Shown here piece after piece: positions 1 through 14,094 of a stretch of 64,000 nt of DNA. Both the position numbers and the translations under genes were made by a program. The notes under the pieces were generated by a model. That model saw only the letters and a program-made list of their open reading frames with translations. It was not told the DNA's origin and did no database searches. The stretch is from assembly GCF_036321535.1 (NCBI RefSeq), contig NC_087472.1:93994001-94058000 (forward strand). The letters run 5' to 3'. Each line of letters opens with the position of its first letter. Position 1 is the stretch's first letter. This stretch comes from Camelus dromedarius. Lineage: Eukaryota.

Positions 1-645
1 GCCTACTAGCAAATTCCCCTAGCACTCAAATAGCGGGTCCAGGTTCTTACTATTAATTGCCAGAATCTTCTCAGACCATGTTTCCTATAGCTTGATAAAG
101 TCTCTGGTTCCTAGGTCTCTTGGTGTATCCACTCAGTTTTCATGGATGATTTGGTAAAATCATAACTTTTGTTTTCATTTTTAGTGTAGTTAAAATCCTT
201 TTTTATTCTTATACTTGGCTTAGTTAGATTAGATTAGATTTCTCATATTAAGTACTCTCTCTCTCTCTCTCTCTCAGTGTATTTAGACAAACTTTCATCA
301 TTATTGAAGCTACCTAGGAAATTTCTGGAAACATTCTCCAAATTTAAATTTATACAAGAAGATATTCTCGGTAGAGTCTTTGTAACATTGTGAATTTACT
401 TCCTCTGTCTGAAAACAGGTGCATAACAGAGGCTGAATTTCAACAGGAGAAGTAGATTTTCTCAGTGTCCTACCTATTTTCATTTCATTTTCATTATGTT
501 TTAGATTAAGGTTTTTCTTTGATGAGATCAATATAATAGTAGAGTGTTGTTGGTCAAAACATGTAACATTAATATTTGGAGATACATTTTTTCTTCTATT
601 GCCTCACAAAATAAATATATTGGAAGACTATCTTTTTAATGTATG

Positions 646-1139
646 TGTGAAAGAAAATACTGCAATGTGAGTGAAAATACTGCAACCATATCAGCAAACA
701 AAGAATGCTGAAACCAAGTCATTAGCGGCTGCCGCCACCCCTCAGTGGGGACAGGCCTGCAGCCGGCCCTCTGCACCCACTCACAATGGTGCTCTCTGAG
801 CAGACTCAGAATAAGAAAGAACAGGATACTGGCCCTAGATAGCTAGATGCTTGTCAAAGGAATGAATTCAATGAGCCCAAATATTTGCTTCCTCCCATAC
901 ATAGAAAAGCACTAAATTCTTTAACTTGAGATGCCTGGTTTTCTTTAGTTAACGAGTAATCTTTTAATGTTCCAACTACCTGGTCTTTGTTGTAAAGCTC
1001 CTATATATCTTAGCTCCTCCCCTACCTCTTCGGAGCAGTCCCTCAGAGCGATCTGAGAGGCTGTCATCCCGGCTCGAGTCCTCCCGCCAAATAAAACATA
1101 ACTCTTAACTTTTAGGCTGCGCATTTATTTCAGTCAACA
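646..1139 (+). mobile_element. ERV1-class solo LTR
   Basis: TG...CA termini; perfect 4-bp TSD TATG (642-645 / 1140-1143); TATA-like motif near 1002 and AATAAA near 1090. Similar sequence occurs in reverse at 15516, 16453 and 41658. Confidence 0.9.
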
Positions 1140-2937
1140 TATGTAAGTGTAGAAGCAAAGTCTGTATCCACATTTTATGGTTTTCATAATGTAAAACCAC
1201 TTGGAACTGGGACTCTGCCAAAGTTTATGAATGCATCCATGCTATTTATCTGGATTGGTACTTTAGAATGTTTATCAGGACAAATGTACACTCTGTACTT
1301 CCTAATGAAAGATAGGCAGATATGGGAATATATTTTGTATTGATATTAATACAAATTTTAATATTGGGATTGGTATAAATGCCTATTTAAAGTTGTCAGA
1401 GGCATTTAATTATATTCCATTTCAAAGGACATTTCATTCTGTTTATTTGAAATTTTATTCATGAGAAAAATATCTAATGTTATGTGTACAGTTATGATTA
1501 GCCTCTCTTTACATAAATAATTTACCATGTATCACTTGTGGACAAAAGTATAAAAACAAACTATTGCTACATACATTACTACACACATATATATTACTAC
1601 CAGTCTTCAGGACTATTGATATGATAGCTAATGATTCCCAATGTCCCATTGATTTGGGTTGGCTCTCAGAACAGTAATGACTGAAGGAGCAGATTTCAGT
1701 TTACTTCTGGCAAAATTTGTTAAAAAAGAATAGATTGATGATTGCTATTCTTATATTGAAACCAACGTGTTGGGCCAGCATTCTTAAGTATTGAAATAAG
1801 GATTGTAAACAGTTCCATCATTTAGGTGTTTAGGGATGTAGTTTGTGGCCAGTTCATTCTGATAGACTTACATTAGGGCAATATTCTTTTGTTTTCTTTT
1901 CAACCCTAAATCAGATATTTTTGATTCTGTTATTTTATTCTCAATTAAGTGAATTTACTCACTTGTTTTTTAAACTTACTCAGGCTAAACTGACTTTTTT
2001 TTTTTGTCTTTTCCTTCTGTCTTATGCTGTGGTATTGTGATTGATTACACCTACATGGATGGAAATTCAAATTTCTTTTTAAAGATATTGTTGATTTGCC
2101 TATATTCATACTTGTGACATTTTTCTGTGTGTGTTAGGATGTGATAAATTTTGGAATAAGAAATGTGTTAGGTGCCTCAATTTTCACAAGAGAAAGTTGT
2201 ATATATAATCTGCTTATTTCGAGCGCTGAAATATTTGCAATAAGTAATTGTTTATTTGCATTTTATGTACACATATAACTTTCACTTAATGTCCGTAAGG
2301 ACTTGAGAAAAGTGCTGTTCACAAAATCCACACTGTAGTGACAGTTTAAGAGATAATTGTTTATTCTGGGTGCTCCAGTTTAGATTCCCAAAGAGCAACA
2401 TGTTTGGACTATGTTAACTCAGCTCCTTGAAGAAATGCCTTTGTTTTCATGGAGAACTAGGTAAACATCCTCATCTGATAATATTTCTGTATTCCCTGGT
2501 ACCATTGTCTCTCTTTATTCTAAATAGCTTCTGATCTTTATTTCCATCTTTATTTTACTTGATTAATTCTAATAACCTAACATTTTTTAAACTTTTCCAG
2601 ATACAACTATAAAATATCTCATCAATACTCTCTTCCACCTAGTTGGAAGATGATCTTATCCTATCTTATCCTGAACCTTTCAGTGTATTAACTGATTCAA
2701 TGCAGTATGAGCTTAGTAGCTTTTGTGTTTTTTCATTAGCTTCGTTATTTTGCCTATACTTTATTGACCACCTATTTACTCTGTACAAGGTAGAGTAGAA
2801 AGTATGGTCTTTTTTCTCATTAAATCCTCACACCTGCATATTTGGAGGCAGATACAGATTTAAAAGTTAACTACCTGGTATTTAAAAGATAATTAAAAGC
2901 CAGTGCCCAATTTGTGGTGTGATTTTTAAAAAACAGA

Positions 2938-3054
2938 TTAATTAATTAATTAATTAATTAATTAATTAATTAAAATGGAGATACTGGGGATTGAACCCAG
3001 GACCTTGTGCATGCTAAGCATGTGCTCTACCACTAAGCTATATTTACCACCCCC
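2938..3054 (-). mobile_element. tRNA-derived camelid SINE (Vic-1-like)
   Basis: Minus strand reads TAGCTTAGTGGTAGAGC (A box) ... GGTTCAATCCC (B box), followed by a tail of (TTAA)9. Confidence 0.9.
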
Positions 3055-3169
3055 AAAGATTAGTTTTCTAACATCCTCCGTAAACAGGACTTCCGTTTTT
3101 CTGCACTATTATAGTTAACAAAATCAAAGACCTGAACTTACAGTAAAATGGATTAAAAATAAAGTAAGA

Positions 3170-3325
3170 AGTATGGATGGACTGATGGATGGGTAAAAAT
3201 GTGATAAAGCAAATACAGCAAAACGTTATTTGTAGAGTCTAGGTAGTACACATATGACTGTTTGTTGTATGATTCTTTCAAATCTGTATGCTTGAAACTT
3301 TTCATAACAAAATGCTGGGAAAAAT
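3170..3325 (+). mobile_element. Ancient L1 (L1ME-like) 3' end fragment
   Basis: Resembles the L1ME4 3' end (tgtgataaagcaaatacagcaaaa...ttcataacaaaatg), by recall of the consensus. Confidence 0.6.
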
Positions 3326-3459
3326 TAATGCTTGCTTGTCATATGCTTATGTGAAGGTTTTCTCATATCATGTTGGTCCTTGCTACTCAGGGAGTGTGTG
3401 TTTGTTGTTCCATGATTTGAAGGTATCACCTTGCTGATACATAAGGAAACAGAGTATAG

Positions 3460-3680
3460 TGACCAAAAACACAGTCTCTGTAGTGACATGTTTTTACTTT
3501 TACGTTCTGGCTCCTCCACTTACTAGCATTTCAACTTCTGGATTCCTCCTTTGTGTATTAGAAAAAAAATGGTACCCATCCCATATGGTTATAGGTTAGA
3601 TAAGAAGATAAATGAAAGGCACTTAGAAAAATGACCAGTACATGTTAAGGGCTCAATGAATATTAGCTATTATTATTACT
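3460..3680 (+). mobile_element. MIR SINE fragment
   Basis: MIR-like core and 3' end (ggctcctccacttactagc...ctcaatgaatattagctattatt). Confidence 0.6.
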
Positions 3681-3799
3681 TATCTTATGATGCAGGTGTA
3701 GGTATTGCTGATTTTTCTCTGCTGTATTTATACTGCATCTCTTCTACTAAGACATTAAGTTGACACCAACAGCATCTTGAAATAAAGAAATATGTTAAA

Positions 3800-3822
3800 G
3801 AATATGAGAACGAGTGTATGTA

Positions 3823-3870
<48 letters not shown>

Positions 3871-3945
3871 GCTGGGACATTGTTCTTTACGCCAGAAATT
3901 GACACATTGTAACTGAGTTGACTTCAATTAAAAAAAAAGAAAAGA
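3800..3945 (+). mobile_element. 5'-truncated, relatively young L1 3' end
   Basis: L1 terminus (ccagaaattgacacattgtaactg...cttcaatt) plus A-tail; 16-bp TSD AAAGAAATAYGTTAAA at 3784-3799 / 3946-3961; internal (TA)n. Confidence 0.85.
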
Positions 3946-5799
3946 AAAGAAATACGTTAAAACTTGTGATCCACTGTCTCCAATTTCAAATGTTAGATAT
4001 GAGTTGACAGCCATTAGTTAAACTACAGTGAGAGAAGTGAATTGCTAATGACTTTTTAAAAATGAAAACTATTAGTTAGCATATGTTGCCTAATAACCCA
4101 ATTATATATCTTTTTTGTCCAACACCACTTCTGCTCAAAGGTAGATGAATTACAACATATTTTATACAAATACTATTACAATTGTCTCCTTTGCAAAATG
4201 AAATTAAAACACCTTTGTCATTTGTTTGTATAGGGATTCCATCAGGTAAGAAGAATATTTGCTTAATAAATAGGGTTGTGATACCTAAACCATAGCAGAA
4301 CTAGCCGAAAATTGATTCAGGCAGTGTTTACAAATCAAGTACCATATGAAAGCAAGCAAGTGTCTTCCTTTGCATGTCTCCTCAAACAGTGTGTGATAGC
4401 TGTCAATATCTTCAAGTGAGAACATCTCATATTTCTTTCCACTTTTCCCAAATGCAGAACAGAGTGTGATGATCTCCAGTCTAATGCCTGATTGATCACT
4501 CATTGAGGCCATATTTTAAAACTCCACCTTGTTTGCAAAAGAATCATGACTATGGAATATCTTGAACTCAGTATAAATTATAACAGGGAGCAAAAAGGTA
4601 TTTTTAGTTTTCTCAAATTAACAGATTTCTGATGAGTAAGTATATTTTTTCAACATTCACAGTCCTTGTAGAAACATTATATACGGCTGAAAAGAAAAGG
4701 AAGGGAAAACAGAGTAGGATGGTTTCTCTTTGCCATATAAATTCCCATTGCAACTTCTGAAACCAGCAAACCTACAGTGAGCACTCCATAAATATTTGTT
4801 GATCCTGATGATCGATTGCACATTTTGTATGCACTAATGTCAGTGCATGAGCACATTGCTTGTGTTTCTAAAACCAAAGCAAGCAGTAATGTTGACAAAT
4901 GACCCATTCTCAGGTGCTTCTAAGTATTGGTAGTTCAAAGTCAGGGGCCCTCATCCATTTATCAAGACTGTAACTGAAATTCCGCTGCAATGTATTTGTC
5001 CAGCTTGAGCATTTAAACACAAACACCATTTATCTGGAGTTACTTCTTTTCTCTTTATGTAGGTCTTGGGTCAGATTTTCTTTTCAAGTATGTTGGACAT
5101 CGAAGCTTTGGCTTTCGTATGAAGTATTAAGGTTTCTGTACCCTAAAAACTGAAAATAATAGTGTAGGAAAAAACCCTCCATTTCAGCTTGTGAAGTTAA
5201 CCTAGTTTATTGCAGCAGTTTAGCTTTCAGTTTTGGGAACCAGAAGAGGCTGTCTTTGAATCTTATGCCACTTATTTCTAGCTTTAGATCCTCAGACACA
5301 TTAACTGAACCTTGCTAAGTCTTAGTAAAAATCAACTGTAAAATGCTGCTACTAAGAATTCCTATATTGTAGAGTTACTGTGAGAATCAAATGACATAAT
5401 ATACTATGCATTTAACAGAGTAGGTGATATATATTAAGTATTAGCCAAAATACCAATTTCTTGGTGTTCTACTTTAAAAACATCCATATCAGATAACTGT
5501 TTTCTAACCGTCGTATTAGTACGTTTCCTATTGTTCCTGATATTTATCCAGTCCTTTTTTCCCCTGATCCTTTGTAACCAGGTCTTTCCTTAGTTTTCTA
5601 AGTGTTTATCCATAACCAAGTGGCTTCCTTAGATTTTATGAAAGAAGGGGAACTCAGCATTGCCACTCTTAAAAGCTTTCTAATATGGGAATATTCAGAT
5701 TAATACGTAACTATAGAGAAAAATAAAAATAACTGACTCTATACCCGTATGTAGCCTCAACAGTTATCAACATTTTGCGAATCTTGTTTCTCTATTTAC

Positions 5800-6215
5800 T
5801 GGGAACCAAGACCATCTGTATCAACATGACTTAGGTGCTTTATTTTCTTTCAAGGAAAACTTTGTTCTGGAAAGATAAGACTGTAAATGAATAAATAACT
5901 TTACTATTTGCCTCAGGAAATTTCCACAGATCAGTTTATCTGTTCATCTGGGCAAACAGCTCACTTATTAAATAACAATTTTACTTATGAAAGCTTGCTT
6001 TAAGGCCCTTGCTAACTCACTGAGTCCACATGTCCTAAATTATTATATTATGAAATTTGCCCAGTTTCTTTCAGTTCCCTGCCTTAAGCCACTTGAGCCT
6101 GAGACACTGGTAAAGAGTCTTTCAAACACAGTGCTCTCCCTTACCGAAAATGATTTTGAACAAGCTTAGCATTGCTCTGTTAACAGGTTGTCAGATGATA
6201 CTTTGTGGAAATCAG
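5800..6215 (+). mobile_element. ERV1-like solo LTR nested in an old antisense L1
   Basis: TG...CA-bounded LTR-like segment that interrupts L1M-like sequence continuing on both sides (~5690-7200). Confidence 0.55.
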
Positions 6216-7329
6216 TGCCCACCTATATAATGTATGTGTATATATGCGTGTAAGCAAACATTTCTTGAAAAAGTTAAAAGTAAAACAGATATCGTGTCAT
6301 TTCAGCTGCAATAGTTGGCATCTCTAACTGATCAGGGTGTTTACAATAATACATTCATCATGCCATTATCATACTTAACATAATTAATGATTGTTTATTA
6401 AAATCGACTAATACTCAATCCATATTCAGGTTTCCCTGATTATCTCAAAGACGATTTTTAATTTTTTTTCTTTTAAATTAAGATTCAGATAAATTTCATA
6501 CATTTGGTTACTAAGTCTCTAAAGTCTCTTATTCTATAACGCTGTCCTCACTTTTTTTTATGCCATTGGTTTATTGGATAAATTGTTCTGTTCTGTAAAA
6601 AAAACCCCTATATTCTAAATTTGACTTTTCTCATAGTGTGCTTTTTCTTTCTATTCTATGTACCCCCCCATTTCCTGTAGACTTTGTATCTGTAGGCTTT
6701 ATTATATTCAGGAGCAATATTTTAACAAGATATCTTATAGAGGGTACTGTGTATTTCCCATTGTATCATATCAGAAGACATGTACTGTAGCTTTGTCCAA
6801 GACTGATCACTGGGTTCATGTGATATCAGTGTTATCCCTCAATTAGAAATTTCTCCCTCAGAACCTGACCTAAAGGATTGGGCATCTATTGAAGTTTACT
6901 GACTACTTCCATTATTTCATTAAATTTTAAAATTGTAATTTTATACTCTATATTTATTAGCTAAAAGTCTCTTATGAATAACTTCCCTCATCAGGTATTT
7001 GATTACTCTGACATAGAGTTCGTTTAGAAAATGGAGGATAAATTTGGATTATTTCCTCTATTTATCAATCTACAAAGCAATGAAATTGTGCCCTAGCAGC
7101 ATCCGATGATGACCAATAAGAGCTTTTTGAGCAACATTATGACCTCGTTTTTTGTTTTTTAATGTTTGATGCATTTGCAACTGAAACAAATTGTTCCTTA
7201 TAGTCCATTGGGGGCCCACTTTTATTTTAGTTTTTTAAATTTAAGTGTGAAATTCTGAAAGACACAGTCACAATTCCTGACTATACATATCAGTAAATCA
7301 TCACAGTGATTTTGCTTTTATGACCACCA

Positions 7330-7870
7330 CGCATTCTAAAAAAATTAATGAAGTATTATTAATTCCCCCTTTTGCCCCATCCTAATCTCCTTAATCTCTT
7401 CCTTACCGAAGATTATTACTATCATGATTTAACAGTGTAGATTAGTTTTCCTTATTTTTGAACTTAGTATAATGGAAGTACCCAGTATATATCCTTCTAT
7501 AGATGGGTATTTTTGCTCAACATTATTTTTGTGAGATTCATCCTTGATGATGCAAGAAGCATTAGTTTGTTCATCTTCATTGTGTTCACCCATTTCATGA
7601 ATATAATCCAATATATTAGTCCATTCATTCACCAATACCATGTTATCGTGAATACTTTAGCTCTGTCATAAGTCTTGGTATATAATAACTTCTCCCAGTT
7701 TGTTAAGATTGATTTCAGTTTTCTTTTCCATATAAATCTTAGAATCAGCTGTTAATTTCCACTCAGAAAAAAAGAATACCAAATTAAAATGTACTGGGAT
7801 TTTTTTGTAAATTTATGGATCTACAGATCAATTTGAGGAGAATTGTAACATTTCTAATACTGGATATTCC
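7330..7870 (-). mobile_element. Old L1 (L1M) fragments
   Basis: Antisense L1 3'UTR and ORF2-like text (gagattcatcc...ccattcattc; ttccatataaatcttagaatcagc). Confidence 0.6.
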
Positions 7871-9120
7871 AATACATGACTAATTCTGGTTAACATAAAC
7901 TCTCACAGTCCGTTCCACACATCCACACATCCTTTCTTGTTAATAACTATTTCAAGTATTTCTGTCTGCTAAAGTAATTTTTTTTCCAATTTTTCTTTGT
8001 ACAAATCACATTATGTCAATTATTTATTTTGGTTTTTAAATATAAAATTATACTCTAATAGTTAACATGATTTTCTGCCTACACATGGTTTTCCTCTTGT
8101 CCTTAAAGAATTATCCATGCTTATACTCCAGACCCTTGTGGATTTTTCCATTAAAGTTAATGATGGTGGATATGATACACTTAAAGTTTTAGGAAGACAA
8201 AATGTACGATCACCAAATGACTCCATTAAAGTTTATGGTGTGTCTGCCTATTAGATTAGGATCCTGTACTGTATATAGCCAGCTATTTTTAGTGCAATGC
8301 TACTGGTTTGTTGTTTTTCCTTTTTTTTTTTTTTTTGGTCTCTAGCTATATCTGTGTGTTTCCAGTGTTTACTTTATTTCACTAAATTAATTGTCTTTAA
8401 AATCATGTAGATTCTGACATAGCCGTACGCTTTCCTCGTGTTATTATTCTTTTCTTCTCTCCTTCTGGGCTTGTTTTGCATGGATTAATGCTGAATCTTT
8501 CGAACTAATGCTTGAAAGAAGAGAGGAGGAGAAATTTTTTTAAAAGCAGCAATTATTTTGACTTGCCTCAAATGATTCAGTAAATCTGTTTTAGTTATCA
8601 GTTAATAGTTTTATCTGTTTTATCCTTCATCACTTGGTTAAAAAGCATTTATGTCTATTTAGCAGATTAAAGTCTAGCTATTCTTTTTCAAACTTCAGCT
8701 GTTCAAAAAGAACAAGTTCAGAGAAGACTTTGCTTTTTTCCTCAGGTTATCATGTCTGAGCTCAAATGTTATTTGTTACTTTTGAAATGTTTTCAGCAGC
8801 CAAACTGGCATTTCAGTTCTTTGAGAACATCCTGCCTAATTTTCTGATACATCACAGAAATTTTATTTAAAATAAAGTGAACTTTGATCTCTCAAACCCT
8901 GTCTCTGCTGAAGATTTCAATAAAGTATTTGATCAAAAGGTCTTGACAGTTTGAAATGAACTGTGAATTATTGTCAGAATCTGCACAATCAGGCTGAAAA
9001 TTTCCTAAGGAAAAAAAAAATCTTTGTAGAGTCATAGTTCCTGCTTATGCACAAGTATCTTAAACCCCTGAAATTTCTCCTTAAAATAATTAAGGTAGGA
9101 GAAAGCCATTAGCTCAGGGG

Positions 9121-9351
9121 CAGGATTTCTCATCCTCAGCACTGCTTACATTTAGGGCCAGATGATTATTTGTCATGGAGTGTTTTTCTGTATGTTGTAG
9201 GAAGTTTAGTAGCATCACTGGCCTTTACCCACCAAATTAAATACCACCCACCTCCACTCAATTGAAAGAACCCAAAATGTCTCCAAACCATTGCTAAATG
9301 GTCCATGGAGAGCAAAATCACCACGGACTGAGAGCCATGGACTGAGAGCCA
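9121..9351 (-). mobile_element. MER20 (hAT-Charlie DNA transposon)
   Basis: Reverse complement of the MER20 at 41558-42291; small tandem duplication GGACTGAGAGCCA at its right end. Confidence 0.85.
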
Positions 9352-12031
9352 CAACTCCAGCGTGCAATAGCCGTAACTATTTATAGAAGAATTTTTTTGT
9401 GAATTTGTCTTCCTGTTCCTATTAAATGAGCTGAGGAGTAGCAGCATAATCTCTTTGGAAGAAGAGTTTCTGGAAGAATTAAATGTAAATTCTTTGTCCC
9501 TCATCCAACCCCTTTATGTGAGGAATAGTAAAGATAAGTGGTCCTATAAGGATATTCTCATAAGGAAGGGAAACAATCCTGAAAGTTCTGAGTAGAGCAT
9601 ATATCTGGAAAAAATAGCCCACATTAATCCAACCAACATTTCAGACATACCTGATAGTCAGAAAGAATACAAGAAGATGAATGTTACATGCTCAAGTATA
9701 AGAAAGCCAGGATTCACTATGCTCAAATGAAAATACAACAGAATTAACTGAAAGAAGAGGTGGATAAAAGTAGGTGAAACAAGATGAAGTTAGAAATAAG
9801 AAAAGATCATAGGGCAAATAAAATTGAGTAGTAGTTTACAAATTCATTTTGGAAATAAATAGAATATACAGTATTCTGCCTACTCACATTTATTCAGTGA
9901 TAAGCCCCAATGCTTTGTATTTGCTGTATTATTTAATTTTCACAACAATCTATGAATTAGACAATATGAACCAAGGCAGTGCTAATGAGCAGTAAAACCA
10001 GATTTTCATTGCATGCTCTGTTATACAAGTTGCTTCAGAAGTTCTAAAAGGTTGAGAAAAAGACAAATTACTATATGCAGAGATGGTTATTTTGACAAAG
10101 GTGGATAATGTAAATACAAAATACAGAAATAGGTGAAGAGAGAAATGACAAAGGAACAATAATTAATTGATCAGTGTAACAACTGATGAAAAGTTGCCTC
10201 TTGAACCAACAGCAGCAACAAAAAACTGATGTGAGGGTGAAGATCAAAACAGTTACTGAGCTCTAGCAAAATCATTGTAAGGAAGACTGCATCTAGATAC
10301 TTTGTCAATTGAGATACATTACAGAGTTGAGTGTGAAAGTCTGTAACATCTAGGAAGAGAGAGAGAGAAAAAAAGATTACCTAGAAAGGAATGAAAACAA
10401 GACTGCTTTCAGCCTTTTTTTTTTTCCCCTTCACTATGCAGTACCAGGAGAGAGTGAATTCATACTTTTAGACTTCCTAGGGGTAAAAGATGGTAACCTG
10501 AGAATCTCATAGCTAAGATAAATTGTTTTTTCATCCATGGAGACAAATAATTTAATCCTGGAAGAGTTAAGAGTTTAGAAAATATACTACTATTCAGGCA
10601 TCTTTCTTCAAAATACTACTTGAAGACTTTTTCCAAAATTAATTAATACTAAATTCTACACTAAAATCGTGACAGAACTTGACTTTCCTAAACAGGCAGA
10701 ATGCCCTGAATGCAGTGTATCTCTGGATGATTTATTGCCAGATGGATTCTGCAGCTCAAAGTTAATGTTTCTCCATGCTTGCTGAAGTTTTCTCCCTACA
10801 GTAATTACAGGATTGGTCTAATACTAGAAGGTTTTTTATTTGTTTTATTTTATTTTGTTTAATTTCTCATGTGTCTTTCATCTCACAGTTTAGTAGGAAA
10901 ATCTTGTCATTTTTGAGGATAACATAAACTAATTACTCTTGTTGTCCTAAACCAGTTATTGGTAATAATGACTAAACGATTTTAGAGACCTTGCTGGATG
11001 AAATTGCACCCCAAATGAGTTTTCTCTCTGGCCGCAAAAGCATAGTTGAATGGAAAATTGTAATAGCCTCACTCTCATTAGGGACATAGGATGATTTTCT
11101 GCAGCTGTAAATATTATATTGGATGAATTGAGCCATTTTTCATTTTATTTTTGTCCTTACCATTTAAAAATCTTCACTGTGAGATTTATGAGTATTCCCA
11201 AGTGAACTCTTTTTAAAAGTTCGATATATTCTGAATGATGTAAACTATATAAAAATATGCAAGAATAAGAATAATAAAGAAATGCACTAAAATGATGAGT
11301 CATTACATCTGGATGGTGGGATTTTGTGTGAGATTTCTCATCATCATTATAATTTCCCATATAATTAGAAATAACTCTTAAAATAAAAATAATAATTGTA
11401 TATCTAATGATTACAAATGGTATAAGTGTAACAAAGCAGAAATGTCTTGTCAAGATAGTAAAATTAGTGATACGTTTTTCTTTCATCTGATTTTCTGTAT
11501 TTTCTAATCACATCTCAAGGGTCAACTTCCATCTTGTCCATACCAAGTAAAGCAAATGATCCCTTTCTCCATCATTCGTGGAAAAAGTTTCAAATTGTCT
11601 CTCAGACAGTGTGCTTTTGTCTTCCCTGCACTGTTTTTATTCCCTCATTTACCCCAATAAATCCTTACTATAAGATGCTTTTCCTTCCCTATAAAAGTCA
11701 GTAAAATACTAACTGCAAGGAACACCATGGTTGTCTTTATTGGTCTTTCCACATCTCTAAGACACAAATGTATCCTACCTCCTCCTGTTGATTTGGGTCA
11801 GTTATCTCCATCACTGTGATGATTCTTCCTAGCCTACCAGAAGTGACTCGCATCAGCCATAGCTGAATGTTAAATGGGTTTCTTAGGAAAGGTATTCCAA
11901 AACAAGGAGGAGGGTGGGGGAAAGTAGATTTCTCTTTTCATAAAAAACCTCTTCCACTCCCCTCCTCCTCCACCATCTTGGTGGTCAACAATAAAACTAA
12001 AACTGTATTGTTTGATAAAGAGTCAATGCAA

Positions 12032-12071
<40 letters not shown>

Positions 12072-12080
12072 GTAATAATA
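12032..12080. repeat. (AAT)n microsatellite
   Basis: Direct reading. Confidence 0.98.
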
Positions 12081-12807
12081 TCCTTGGGGAAATTTAAATT
12101 TTCAGTGTCTGGAAAGTAATATATAGGAGCCACTAACATCCATTCACTTCTTGCTTCCACCTGACTCTGGTTCTCCTTTAAAGGTTATTGGAGAGAATAG
12201 TAAACTTGAGATAATGCAAAACTCTAGCCTAGATTTGTCATCATATTAACATTTTATAAGGTTTAGTGTAGTCTAGTCTTGCTTTTTCCTTTGATTAGGC
12301 TAGTATGATTAGGCTAGTTTATGCGTTTTGCTTGGGAATTATTTTTTAATTCCACTGTTTTGTATGTTGTAAAGAGATTTCTATTTTTATACATGTTAAA
12401 TCTATAAATACCTTCCTTCTGATTTCTTAAATGCATTTTTGTTTGTTTTCTAGCATTTTAAAATGAAGTCTTATTAATCTGTTTTGTAGTTTCTGTATTA
12501 TTAATGGATGGGCTCAGTAGTTTAACCTTCTTCTCTATGTAGAACAACATCCTCCTAGATACTAATATGTATGTCCTTTTTCCCACTATTTTTAGGACAT
12601 TCTTCAATGGAAGTTCTTGACATTTTCTTTAACTTACTTATTTAGGATCCTGTACCTTAGGTTTGTTTCTTCTTTACATGCTTGTTGCGTTTTTGATACT
12701 ATTGTGACCACAAAGTTTTATCTGCTTCATGTTTATATTTTGGAATTCATTGCAGTTGTCTTTGGACATACGATATGTCGTTTGTTCTGTATCTCTTTGA
12801 TACTTGA

Positions 12808-13220
12808 TGTTAAAAAAAAAAAGAAACAGGCTCAAAATAGAGTCATTTGTGCTAAGCCCCACATCAGCAAACCGCAACTTAATTTACACTAATTGCATTT
12901 TTCAGCCTCTCCTAGGGGTGGAATTTATAACCAATTAGTCTGAAATTTCCTGATCAAAATTAGTGAGGTAATCTGCATGATGCCAACCCCTCCTGCCCCG
13001 ACCTTCCCTCAAATGTTGGTAACCTTGCCTGAAATAATTCTTTCTTTTGTTTTTTACTTCCTTGTCTCACCCTCTTTCTACCTATAAAAACCTGCCACTT
13101 TGTACAGTTCTTTGGGGTGCTTTTCTACCTGCTAGATGGGATGCTGCCTGATTCATGAATTTTTGAATAAAGAAAATTAGGTCTTTCAGATTTATTCACT
13201 TGAACTTTGTTATGTAAAAC
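12808..13220 (+). mobile_element. ERV1-class solo LTR (family A)
   Basis: Starts TGTTA; TATAAAA near 13083 and AATAAA near 13166; reverse-complement homolog at 16250-17100. Confidence 0.8.
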
Positions 13221-14094
13221 TGAAAGTAATTTCTTCTAATTTTGTAGGGTGTTGATTTTAAATGTAAATCTTTTGCTTAATTTTGTTTTTACTATTACTT
13301 AAATCTTTACATTCTTGGTTTTATTATTATGATCTATGAAGAATTGAGATTTTGGTATAAAAATCACAAGAAATTAATATTCTGTCAATTTCTTCTTGTG
13401 TTTATAAGTACTTTATTTTATAAATATATTATTAAATGTATATGGTACCCTTTATCATCATAAAATAAGTTCATTGCCCCACTTAATAAATTCTACCTTG
13501 AAATTGTTGTCGGTGTTAATAGTGTGAGTATATCTTTTTGTTTCATTGGCATGATTCAGCTGTAGAAATTACTTCCTTGACATCTAGCAGTTAGGATTGT
13601 AGAAGAGAGAATTAGAGTCAATGCAACCTTTTTTCTATCCCTTTCTTGGTTAACATGATACTCTCTGTGTGATTATAGTATTCACTTCTTAATACTGGAC
13701 ATGTATAACTTCATAATATAGGTTTTGGTGTAGTTAGTGATTATTACATAATCTTTCTAAGTGTTGAGATTTTCAATTGTGCATATGTGTGGTTTTCTTC
13801 ATTTTAAGAAAGTTTTTCCATTGTATCTGTGTAATTAAAAGAAAAAATTTTCATTTGCCTTAGACTTTTTTTTAAGCACACTGATTTTCTTATTATCCTT
13901 TCCCTAACAGTATTCACATGTTTGTCTTTCTCTTGAATTCCATGCAGTTTTCTCTAGTATACCTTAAATATCACTGATTTTTCAGGTTTTAATAGAAGAT
14001 TTGATACTACTGATTTATTATTTTAATTTAGTTTTAAGTTTTGCAGTTATTATCTTTATTGTTAAATTGATTGTCATAATTTACCAGTTGCTCT

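Noticed and set aside
2384..2460. + strand exon-like segment (IPKEQHVWTMLTQLLEEMPLFSWRT)
   Set aside because: The acceptor is weak, the peptide is unrecognised and no consistent + strand exon chain was found.
10696..10785. Cys-containing reading frame (AECPECSVSLDDLLPDGFCSS) after an AG
   Set aside because: There is no convincing donor, it ends in a stop and it matches no family I recognise.
11867..12097. ORF with a poly-Asn tract
   Set aside because: It is the translation of an (AAT)n microsatellite.
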